This document shows, one piece after another, positions 1 through 11,625 of a stretch of DNA of 64,000 bases; positions within the stretch are counted from its first letter, which is position 1, and each line of letters opens with the position of its first letter. Location: NCBI RefSeq assembly GCF_009914755.1, contig NC_060930.1; one strand, given 5' to 3'. Both the position numbers and the translations under genes were made by a program. Origin of the DNA: the human T2T-CHM13v2.0 reference genome, Homo sapiens. Below the pieces are notes generated by a model that was not told where the DNA came from, ran no database searches, and saw only the letters and a list, made by a program, of their open reading frames with translations.

Positions 1-190
1 TCTTTTGGGGCAAAATAATTTGATTTCTTCCTTGTCTCATAATGTTATGCCAGAGTCAGGTTGGAAAGTAAGTCACGATATATAGGACTAAATAAAACCC
101 ATCTGATAAGAATTTATGATTTGTAGGGCATGACTCCCCAGGACTCCTAAATAGGAATTTGGGCAAGACAAAAAATCAGAGTTTAGTTCA
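1..190 (-). mobile_element. MER4-family (ERV1) LTR, 5' part, cut by the window edge
   Basis: Reverse complement reads ACTAAACTCTGATTTTTTGTCTTGCCCAAATTCCTAT...GGAGTCATGCCCTACAAATCATAAATT, the start of MER4D/E-type LTRs as I recall them. Confidence 0.7.
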
Positions 191-199
191 AAGCGGTGT

Positions 200-512
200 A
201 CAAGGTGAGCTCTCCCATTACCAGAATGATGCTCAGACAGGAATAAACTGATCAGGGGTCAGAGAAGAGCCACAATGGCATCTGCCAGTATAAACAAGTT
301 TTCCGTGTGAGGGGCTCTCTATCTCAGGCAGGACAACTAGGCATTAGGCCTTCTACCAGGTAAAAAAAAAAAAAAAAAAAAAGGCCTCCCGTGAAAGGCT
401 CACTGTAAACATCCACATCTGGCTCTTGTTTATTTATGATTAGGACACTGTTGCTGGCCACCCTGTTGCTCTGGTATTGGAACACCAAGTGAGCTGGGTA
501 CACTCAAAACAC
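200..512. mobile_element. Probable old LTR fragment, subfamily not assigned
   Basis: LTR-like composition ending ...ctcaaaaca, with an internal poly-A; weak recognition only. Confidence 0.35.
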
Positions 513-2027
513 AGAGCTGTTGATGGTACAAGTGTTCTCAGAAGTTAGTCCTTAAATCTTTGTCTTCTGATGCTCAGCAAGGTATCTTTCATTCACTGAG
601 GTTGTTTTCTAGAAAACAAGGTCACTTAATTCAGATGTAAAGTGATAAACTTAGTTTTAGCTGCACATATTCCAAAGCATTGAGTTTTGTTTTGAAATGA
701 ATTTGACCAAGTTTGAAAAAAAAAAATTCTTGTTTAATTATTGTTGTTTTGGATTTCTTTTGTATCTGAAACAGTTTGAAAAATAACAATGATTTATTTT
801 TCATTCTGCAGAATATGTTGAATATTCATTTAATAAGTTGACCTCAAATTCTCCATGAAAATAGAGTCCAAATTGGATTTGGACCACGTTTTCAATTTTT
901 GTGTCACTGCTTCTCTCAAGAAAGATCACATGGTAACATTTATTCAATAAATATTTATTTACTATTCTTCACATATGCTAGACACTGTTTAGTCCTGGAT
1001 ATATGATAATAGAGTAAGTGAGTCTCAGTCCTTACCAAGAGAATTTTTACTGTGCTTGCAGAAAAGGAAAAATTGAATAAGTCATATAACACATTCAAAC
1101 ACATTATTTTCCTTTTGGTTATGATACTGATGATCTTCAACACTCCTAAACCTATAACGAGTTCAGTAATCAATTGCCTCTGGCAAGAGAAAAGATGCAA
1201 CTGACAACAAATCATATTTTGCTTGGTCTCTACTAGCTATACGTTAGAGACTACTAATTTTATCTTTGCCAAGTGAAAGCCTCAGAAGAAGACACACCTT
1301 CTGAGTACTCTACTTAGTAAGAATGAAAGTAAACATATCTAACTCAGGTAGGCTAATTTCCCTCCAGCTGGAGAAGTCTCTAATTAACAATTGACTCATA
1401 ATTGTTTTCCTTATTTGCAAATTAAAGGGCAAGAATTAGGGTGTGATTAGGATGTGATTAACAAATAAAGCCAGTGACTTGTCTTAGTGCCGGAAGACAA
1501 TACCTGCCACTATCTGTTCAAACAATTTAGAGGCTACTCTCATGCCACTTCCACTGCCTCCAGAAGGCTTGGGAGTGGAGTGAGAAATAGCATTTGTGTT
1601 ATGGGTTAAAAGGCAAATGCGAAAGATGAAAAAAAAGTTTTCATCTGAATGAGGGTCTACGCCCCCTTAATTTTACCTTTAAGAGTAACTTTTTGCTTTT
1701 ATAAAGCCTTTTTGTTAATTTGCTAGAAGTTTTCTATGGCCCTAATCTATGACAGATGCTGAGCCCCAAACAATGAATAAGGCACATCCTTTGCTTTCAA
1801 GGATCAATGGGCAGAGAATAAGATTAGAGTGCATGCCATTTATGTGTTGTGTGAGATAGCTATGGTCACCTTTTCAATTCTAAATGTATGATGTCAAATT
1901 TGTGAATAGGAAAATAATGTCATTCCATCTCTGGAAATTATTTACTTAAATTCACAATTACTAGAAAATTTAAATGCATAATTTACAAAATTCGCATGTA
2001 CAACACACATATCAAGAAAACGATGTT

Positions 2028-2350
<323 letters not shown>

Positions 2351-2499
2351 CTATAAATAAACATTTTAAATATTACAATATTACTTATCAGACATGAATT
2401 TAGTAAAATTAAAAGATAGTATTTATTTTGTGTCACTATGTGATCTATCTCTCTAAGACTGTAAGATGAAAGAAAAATATGCCTGGGTTCTGGAGCAGA

Positions 2500-2660
2500 A
2501 ATAAATCATGGTGAGTAATCCCAAGCCATATCTTACTAGCTGTGTAACCATAGGAAGAACATTTAACTCTAGCGCTAAAATGAGATGAATACTTATTTTA
2601 GAGGAGAGACTAGTAATACAGATTAAATAATATTGTGGCAATAAATCTCCTAATATAAAT
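2500..2660. mobile_element. MIR fragment
   Basis: MIR core-like cttactagctgtgtaaccataggaagaacatttaactct...aaaatgagatgaatacttatt. Confidence 0.55.
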
Positions 2661-3759
2661 CTGTTTAGTGGTAGACATTTTTGGTATGTAGAAATAGATA
2701 CATATTAAAATATCTAAAACAAAGTAGCAATAATAAGGGTAAGTTTAGGTTGAAATATCCACACATATTATTTCAGCCATGTATTTTTGCCAAATACAAT
2801 TTTTGTTCAGCATTTGGCATCAACAAAACGAATTAATGCATACCTGCACTAGTCTTGTCATCACCCAGGAGACAATAAGCTTAAATTTCTCTTAGGTGGG
2901 GTCTGACAACTGATGGGCTCTAGCATTTTCTGTTCTTGAAGAAGACACAAGATAGTACACTGAAGAGCATCTACTTCAATAATTCTTTTCTTGTGTGTAT
3001 ACAAATTTAAAAAAGAAAACAGTAATATAAATACAACTACGAAGGGTCTATAAATCATGTCTTCCCTAGATAGTCTTTTTTCTTATGGCAGTGATTGGCT
3101 GTGATGTTTTCCAGTTATATAATCCTTTGAGTTTAGAATCTGGCCATCATTTAAACAATAACTTATCTAAAACATTATTTAATCATAGAGGAGACAGAAA
3201 TTTGTCCAAAAACAGGCAGGGGTGTAATTCATCCAACAATGAGTAACTCAATGATATACACACCATAGTTGAACCAATTAATATTGATCCAAATGCATTT
3301 AATCTGAGTTCAGCAATGCCAGCAATCCAATTAAGCTCAAGATTCCATAAAAGCTACATTTTATTAATCAAATGACATTTAAAGATGTTTTATTTTGTTC
3401 TTTACTTTATTTTTAAGGATGAACAGATTAGGAACTTGGAGGTTTTCCAGTAATTCAAAATATTCAATGTCAAATGAGTTGTTACCTATTGATTTTTTAA
3501 AAAGACTTAAACTCAAGCAAAGTATAACGTTTTAGAACTCACTTTGAAATAATTAAATACCATATATATTTTGCTCGAAAGAAGCAAAGACAGATGTATT
3601 TTTAAATTAATACACAATACACACAATAAGCCTAGTGAATCTCAAAAATATATTCTACAGTCTACACATTATATTTAAACTTTTAGCTTACATTTTAAAC
3701 AATGATTGCAGCTTATAATATAGCTTACATTGTAAAGAAAAGTGACACAATTAACTTTA

Positions 3760-5190
3760 TAGTATATATTATATTTAAATATAATATGTGTTAATATATA
3801 AAATATATGTCATATATGTTGTATGTAATATATTTATTATATATTATATAAGTATTATGTAGTATATACAAATTTTAATTATATTTATATTTAATAATTT
3901 ATAATTTATATTTATAATTTAATAATATATAATTAACAGGTAAGTATATATTTATATATAAAATAAACATATATTTTATATAAATATAAATATATTTATA
4001 TAAATTTATATGTATATATGAAATTTAAATATATTTATATTTCCTATAAATATAAATATATAAGTATATATATAATTAAAGTATATATATTTTAATTTTA
4101 TATATAATATATAAATATATTAAATATATAATATATAAATATATTAAATATATAATATATAAATATATTAAATATATAATATATAATATAAAATATATTA
4201 TATTAATATATAATATAATTATATTATATATTATGTATATTATATTATATAATTATATATTATGTATATTATATTATATAACAATATATTATATATTATA
4301 TATATTATATTATATAACAATATATTATATATTATATATTATATTATATAACAATATATTATATATTATATATTATATTACAATATATTATATATTATAT
4401 ATTATATTACAATATATTATATATATTATATATATAATATATATAATATATATATAATATATAATAAAAATATATATAAAAATATAATATAATATTATAT
4501 ATCATATATATAATATATAATAATATAATATAATATTATATATTATATTATATCTTATATATATAATATATAATATATAAGATAATATTATATATTATAT
4601 TATATCTTATATATTATATATAATAATATAATATTATATATTATATTATATCTTATATATTATAATATATAATAATATAATATAATATTATATATTATGT
4701 TATTATATATAATAATATAATATATTATTATATATAATAATATAATATATTTTTATTATATATAATAATATATTATATAATATATTATATATTTTATATA
4801 ATATATTATATAATATATTATATATTATATAATATATTATATAATATATTATATATTATATAATATATTATATATTACATATTATATAATATATTATATA
4901 TTATATAATAAATAAATAAAGTTATTTATTACATATTATATATATAAAATATAATATATTATATATACTTTAATATATAAAATTAAAGTATATATATTTT
5001 AATTTTACATACAATATAAATACATATATTTTAATTTATATATAAGTATATATAAAATATAAATATATAAGTATATGTATTTTAATTTTACATATAATAT
5101 AAATATATATATTTTTAATTTTATATATAAATATATACTTATCTATTAATTATGTAAATATTATTAAAAATATTAAATAACAAATTTAAA
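3760..5190. repeat. ~1.4-kb extremely AT-rich low-complexity/minisatellite tract
   Basis: Almost only A/T; degenerate tandem units such as tatattatattatataacaatatattata and atattaaatatataatatataa. Confidence 0.97.
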
Positions 5191-5499
5191 TTTCATGCTG
5201 TTGCAAGTAGTTTCAAAACTTTAAGGAAACTGGATCCAAAGCCATACTGCAAAAAATTTTGCATGAGTAATCTTCATCCTTTGGGGTTACCAAAATTAAA
5301 TAAATAGCCCCAAGAAGATGAATATCTAGTTGCTTAAATTGCTGAGGTCATAAAACAATAATGATATTAAACTGAGAAATATGTCTTCATTAATATAAAA
5401 GTTTAGGAAACTTTTGAGACCTGAGTCTCAGTTCCATGGCTTCTTAACTATTTTCGCGTGTTTCATTCATATCTTTTGATATAACTTTGTTTTTTTTTA

Positions 5500-5712
5500 C
5501 TCAATTGATGGTGTATTACACTGACAAATTTTCAAATTTTACAAAATTTTGCATTCCTGGGATAGAACCGAAAGCTAGGTTTTAATTTCATTTGTTTTCT
5601 CTACTCTTTGTTTTCTCTATTATTGATTTCCCTGGTATCTTTATTATTTCTTTTCTTCTACTTACATTAGGTTTAATTTGCTCTTCTATTTTTAGCTCTT
5701 TATGGTAGATGC
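5500..5712 (-). mobile_element. Old L1M ORF2 fragment, interrupted by the ERV1 provirus and resuming at ~27669
   Basis: ttgcattcctgggat...tttcttttcttctacttacattaggtttaatttgctcttct...ggtagatgc continues after the provirus as ctaaatcattgattt. Confidence 0.7.
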
Positions 5713-6324
5713 TGAGAAAAGAAAAATGGCTCTGAGCAGCCTCAGCTATATGAAGCCTGCAAAACTTATTAAGCCCAGAAAGATATGAGTATGGGACTTC
5801 AGTCACAGCACCCCCTCCACACACCCGCACTGGGGGTGGGGATGGGGTGTAGGAGGGTGGAGGGGTGTTAGGAACCGGAATTGTTTTAAGGCATTCTGCT
5901 CCTGACTTACCCTTTATTTTCATGTTCCTGGAGTTTGTGATACAATGTGTAACCAAACAATAGCCTATATTATTGTAATTTATATTATTTTATATTTTTT
6001 ATAATATAAATTATATTATAATGTATAATGCATATTATAACATATAATATATTATAATGTATAATATAATATAAATTACATAAATATAAATTTTATTATT
6101 TTATGTTATATTTTATTTATATTATTTTAATGATGATTCTTGGTAAACAACTTAGAAACTGCCTCTCCTTTTTTTCTATAAAACCCACTTGTAATTGCTG
6201 CTAACTGAAGTGTATATTTATTGCAATTTTAATATCTGCTCCCTGGTGGCCATTCTCAAGCTTTAGACTAGAATAAACTCTATACTTAATCATATTTTCT
6301 AAATCTCATTATTTAAGGTTAACA
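5713..6324 (+). mobile_element. 5' LTR (MER34/MER39-group), with an AT-rich expansion at ~5970-6130
   Basis: TGAGAAAAGAAAAATGGCTC...AATAAACTCTATACTT...AAGGTTAACA; aligns with 27113-27668. Confidence 0.85.
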
Positions 6325-6327
6325 TTT

Positions 6328-6345
6328 TGGCAACCATGAAGGGAT
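6328..6345 (+). promoter_or_regulatory. Primer binding site (tRNA-Arg/Trp type)
   Basis: TGGCAACCATGAAGGGAT 3 nt after the LTR end; resembles the TGGCGACCACGAAGGGAC PBS of ERV9/HERV-W-type elements. Confidence 0.7.
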
Positions 6346-6402
6346 CTAAAGCCCAGCTTCAGTAATTCCCACTGGTTCATATCAATCAAAACCTTGATAC
6401 CA

Positions 6403-6700
6403 CCAGGTGTGGTGGCTCACACCTGTAATCCCAGCACTTTGGGAGGCTGAGGTTAGTGGAACACCTGAGCTCAGGAGTTTGAGACCGGCCTGGTCAACAT
6501 TGTGAAACTCCATCTCTACTAAAAACACAAAAATTAGCCAGGTGTGGTGGTGTATGCCTGTAGTTCCTGCTACTTGGGAGGCTGAGGCAAGAGAATTGCT
6601 TGACCCCAGAAGATGGAGGTTGCAGTGAGCCAAGATGCGCCACTGCATTCCAGCCTGGGTGACAAGAGTGAGACTCCATCTCACACACACACACACACAC
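6403..6700 (+). mobile_element. AluS (Sx/Sq-like) with a (CA)n tail
   Basis: Alu dimer; TSD aaaaccttgatacca / aaagccttggtacta. Confidence 0.93.
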
Positions 6701-6826
6701 AAAAGCCTTGGTACTAGCACAAATGGCTATTTCACTCAACCTCATAGTAGCTGGCAGGGATCTCTGGAAAGGCCCCTCTTGGGATCTGAATCCAGCTGGT
6801 TTAGTTGAGAATTAAGACCTTGTTTA

Positions 6827-7148
<322 letters not shown>

Positions 7149-7382
7149 AAGACTTTATTTAAGCCACACACAGTCCTACTTGATGGGGTTGAAATTAAGC
7201 TATACTGAAAGGTAGAGCTTCTCTGGAGATTCTGATCATTGCAGATTTGACACTTTTCTCTGAGATTAAACTTTTGTTTGTCTTTCTTGTTAGAGTTTTC
7301 AACCTTTCCTCTTACTCAAAATTTGGTCGGGGAAAAACACAGTTTTTCTCTAAAAAGAGGAAATAAATGTTTATGGCTTAAG

Positions 7383-8072
7383 TGTTAGTGGCAGTGAATC
7401 CTGTAGGTCTGTAGTGATGTCAATTCTTGCCACATCCTCAGAAGAGATTTGACTGAGGGGCGTAAAGCAGAAGGAGGGACTAAGGAGGGTTTTAGAGCAG
7501 GAGTCAAAGTTTATTAAAAAGTTTAGAGCAAGAATGAAAGGAAGTAAAGCACACTTGGAAGAGGGCCAAGAAGGCGACTTGAGAGATCAAGTGTGTGGTT
7601 TGACCTTTGACTTGTATTCTTCCAAGGTCTGCATCTCTTCTCCCTTGATTCTTCCCTTGGGTTGAGCTTTCCACATGTGCAGTGTCCTGCCTACACTTGG
7701 GAAGGGCTGTATGCACAGTGTGTTTAACCAAAGTAGTATGCATGCCCACTTAAAATGTTCTTCCTCTCCCAGTCAGATGTTCATAGAAGGTTATATACCA
7801 GTTAAACTCTGCCAATTTGCTTCTTAGTGTACATGCTTGAACCCACTTGTCCAACTCCTGAGATCTTAGGAAGCTGCTGATTACCAATTTTAGGTTTTTT
7901 CTATCTATTGGGAAACTGCCTTTCCCTGGCACCAGCTGCAACCAATTATTATTTTAGAGACACAGTTAACAACAACCTGACCATCACCTGATGGTTGTCT
8001 GACTTTCCTGGTTGTGGGAGTTGGGGGTACTCTCCTGCCCTGCTCATGTCTGACCACCTACCTACTGTAACA
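7383..8072 (-). mobile_element. MER50 solo LTR
   Basis: Minus strand begins TGTTACAGTAGGTAGGTGGTCAGACATGAGCAGGGCAGGAGAG; TG...CA ends; exact 4-bp TSD TAAG. Confidence 0.85.
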
Positions 8073-9243
8073 TAAGCAAACTTTGTAATCTCTTCACGTG
8101 GTCAGATTCTGAATCTTGGTTCAATTATCTAAAACTGAGTCTTCTTCCTTAAAGAGAGATCAACCATTAGAAACACGAGCTGGGTTTATGTTTAATACTT
8201 ACAGCACTTCTTCAGGAAACTGTTTAGAGAACTGGTCACATATAACTTGTGATGGTTAAACGAGGTATTGTTGAAACACCTAAATTCATTTATCTGCACA
8301 CACAATTAGAAAAAGCTGGTTTTAGAACCAGATATACTGAATGGGAGATTTACTTGCAACAATACTTAAATGCTTCCTCAAAAAATTCTAAAAGAAAAAA
8401 ATTGCCTCCATTAAGGAGGTAAACAAAATAATATTTGAAACTATGTATAAATTAAAAGAGTTTGCAGGCTTTTTCACTTTCATTTTTAACTGCTCTTTCT
8501 CCTTCTACCACTGTGATGTGACTTCATCCCTTTCTGCTTGAACCCTTAGCTCTCAGACATCTATTAGGCAGAGATTTTTGGAATTCCACAATGCACACAT
8601 TTTATTCTCAATGAAGGAAATGTATTTACATTGGGAACAGAGGGAACAAATGGAGCAATGACAGAATGACAATGAAACTACTTACATTATCAAATAGAGA
8701 TCCCACAATTTTTTTTCCTCTCTAAATGAGAACTAATGAATTGATGCTGATGATATACTGACCCAATATCAGACAATCCTCTTTAAATGCCCTGCTGGAC
8801 TTGCCAATCCCTTGATGTAAACCTTTTCATGTCTCTGAAATGGTAACAGCCAGGGACTTAGCTAAGCAGCATGTCAGCTGAGACCAAATGTGAAACAAGT
8901 TAAAATCTTTTAAATACTCAAGCTGCCTGCCTCCAGCAGGATTTGCAGAAGCACTCCAACTTCATGGTTGCAGTCCATGTTTGATTGCTGGTTTGTTTTA
9001 AATTATTTGTCTAACTGTTGACCTGTTGGGGTACTCATTTGTAACTGACCCATTTTCTTCCCATGGACAGCTTTTGATTTCTTCTCTTTTTCTGTTTGTG
9101 GGGAATACAGGACTTTTGGGCCTTCATGCACAAGTGCTTGGCTGAGAAGTTGAGATCTTAGAAAATATGGCCAGACAGAAATGTGGGTTGTATTTTATTT
9201 GCAGCTAGCAAGACTTAGAGCTGTCTTTTAAGTGGTTCTGGAT

Positions 9244-9707
9244 TGTCAGGCCTCTGAGCCCAAGCTAAGCCATCATATCCCCTGTGACCTGCACATATAC
9301 ATCCAGATGGCCTGAAGCAACAGAAGATCCACAAAAGAAGTGAAAATAGCCTTAACTGATGACATTGCATCATTGTGATTTGTTTCTGCCCCACCCTAAC
9401 TGATCAATGTACTTTGTAATCTCCCCCACCCTTAAGAAGTTTCTTTGTAATCTCCCCCACCCTTAAGAAGGTTCTTTGTAATTCTCCCCACCCTTGAGAA
9501 TGTACTATGTGAGATCCAACCCTGCCCCCAAAACATTGTTCCTAACTCCACTGACTATCCCCAAACCTATAAGAACTGATGATAATCCCACCACCCTTTG
9601 CTGACCCCTTTTTCAGACTCAGCAGGTCTGCACCCAGGTGAAATAAACAGCCTTGTTTCTCCCACAGAGCCTGTTGGTGGACTCTCTTCACACGGATGCA
9701 CGTGACA
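9244..9707 (+). mobile_element. HERV-H solo LTR (LTR7 family, LTR7C-like)
   Basis: TGTCAGGCCTCTGAGCCCAAGCTAAGCCATC...CACGTGACA; three tandem ctttgtaatctcccccacccttaagaa units; exact TSD TGGAT. Confidence 0.93.
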
Positions 9708-9750
9708 TGGATCTTGTGAGGATTGCTTTGCACCTCTTTGGAGGTGCCTA

Positions 9751-10845
9751 TATGGGAGCCATAGGCTCTTGGCACCCTAAAGGTTTGCTGAAAAAATTAC
9801 TGGCATGAGGCCAATTGATTAATAGGAGAAAAGGCATAAAAATTTATTTAACATGTATACACAGGAACCTTCAGAATGAAGACTGAAATTTCCAGTGAGT
9901 TACAGAAACTTACTCATCCTGAGCCTACGATAAAGAATGCACAAAGCATGGCCGGAAATAGGTAAATCAGGTTTAGTGGAAATGTTACAGGAAAGGGGTC
10001 CCGATCCAGACCACAGGAAAGAGTTCTTGGATCTTGCCCAAGAAAGAATTTAGGGTGAGTTCACAGTGCAAAGCAAAAGCAAATTTATGAAGAGAGTAAA
10101 GTAGTGAAAGAACAGCTAATCCACAGACAGAGTAGGGCATTGCTGAAAGTAAGAGGAGGAACATGTCCACTAGAGGTATAGTACTTGTATATATATATAG
10201 GATTAATAAAAAAGATCTTGGGGAGATGTACTACAAGGGCTTGTGACAAAGGATTGATTTTCTTCATTACTATATTTTGCAAGAATCAATATTTTTATCT
10301 TTAAAGCAAAATTCAGAATGCCTTTGTTCTGATATTGGGATATCTGGATGCTCCCAAGTCTGGATCTGTTTAGTAAACATTATTAATTTTTCCCCTTAAC
10401 TGTAAGCATCTAGATGCTAGAAATGCCTGACTTTTTGGGAATGCCACCCAGCAAGTCTCAGACTCATTTTCCTAGTCCTCACTCAAAATGGAGTCACTCT
10501 GGTTTGAATGCCTCTGATGGAAAGACAGGTTAAGAGAGAGAGAAAGGAAGAAGCTTGGCTTCAAAAATGGCCTTGTTGTATAGATGAAGACTCTCAGAGA
10601 GAATAGATGGTAAAAGTTTCTTTTCAAACTTTTAAAGTTGTCAGATTCTCAAACTCTGTGGGATTGAGGGAAAAGCATAGAAAGGAAAGGGGGCCATGGC
10701 TGCATTGATGGAGATTATCTACAGAAACAAATTTTCCCCATTTAGGACAGCTTTGCGAGGCCACTTCTGCATGCTGGCCAAGTGGCAGCCATTGACAAAT
10801 GTGTCAAATAAATATATTTTGGGATAAAATATTTTAATTCTTTCA
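9751..10845 (-). mobile_element. MER65-like solo LTR, split by MER41
   Basis: attaataggagaaaaggcata...cttcagaatgaagac signature; TSD CCTA on both sides. Confidence 0.7.
9983..10519 (-). mobile_element. MER41 solo LTR (MER41C/D-like)
   Basis: Minus strand starts (c)atcagaggcattcaaaccagagtgactccattttg and ends gatcgggacccctttcctgtaaca; TSD GAAA. Confidence 0.88.
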
Positions 10846-11559
10846 CCTAGTTCAGCTTTGGTTAAGATATAACCTTGGGTAAGGCTAATTGGCTTTGATG
10901 AGTTACTTGAAAAGATACCTTTGGTTTAAAAAACAAAAAGTTGGATAAAGTGTTTATCAAAGATAAGCTCTCAGATAAAGTTGAGCTTGCTTCTTTTTCA
11001 GTGTACCATACTGAGTCCAGATATAGAAAATGCTTTCCTTGCTATTCATTAAAGGGCCCCATCCCAAAGTTAACAATAATATAATAATAATAATAATTAA
11101 ATTAATTGAAAAGATTACCTATCTAACTACATTGGCCCCCAAAATAGGACTTTCTGGCATTTATCTGGCTGTTTGGAAACTCTTTGTAAAAGAAATGCAC
11201 ATCTATAATGTAAATTTCCATTTGTAAGGCCATCTTCCTCTCTGCAGGATGAGGGACATTGGCTTAAAGTTTATATAGCAAACCTTATCTTTGTTTAGGA
11301 TTCTTTTTCCTGGAAACCATGTCTTGAGTGGACATTTAACTACACCCTTCTTTGTGTTATCAGACAATGGCATTTAGATATGAGCTCCGTGCTTTGGGGA
11401 TGCAAATTTTTACCTAAGAGCCATGTCTAGAAGTGCAAATTTAGGGTTGCCTAGCTAACAATTGTTTAGGTCTTGAGAATCTAAAAGGAGGAGGTTATTT
11501 GAAAACTGACAAATAAACAACCTTATAAAACTCTCTTTCTGTGTGTCCTTATGTCTGCA

Positions 11560-11625
11560 TTTTTTGTTTGTTTGTTTGTGTTTCTCTGTTTTTTGAGACA
11601 GAGTCTTGCTCTGTTGTCGAGGCTC
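11560..11625 (-). mobile_element. Alu 3' fragment
   Basis: T-rich tail followed by gagacagagtcttgctctgttgtc. Confidence 0.75.

Noticed and set aside
4233-4457. 74-aa Y/I/L-rich ORF
   Set aside because: Translation of the AT-rich repeat; no coding signal.
9410-9500. Short tandem units resembling a CRISPR-like array
   Set aside because: Normal LTR7 U3 repeats with no unique spacers, in a eukaryotic context.
9983-10519. MER41 as an interferon-inducible STAT1 enhancer
   Set aside because: I found no TTCNNNGAA (GAS) motif in this copy; it resembles MER41C/D rather than MER41B.
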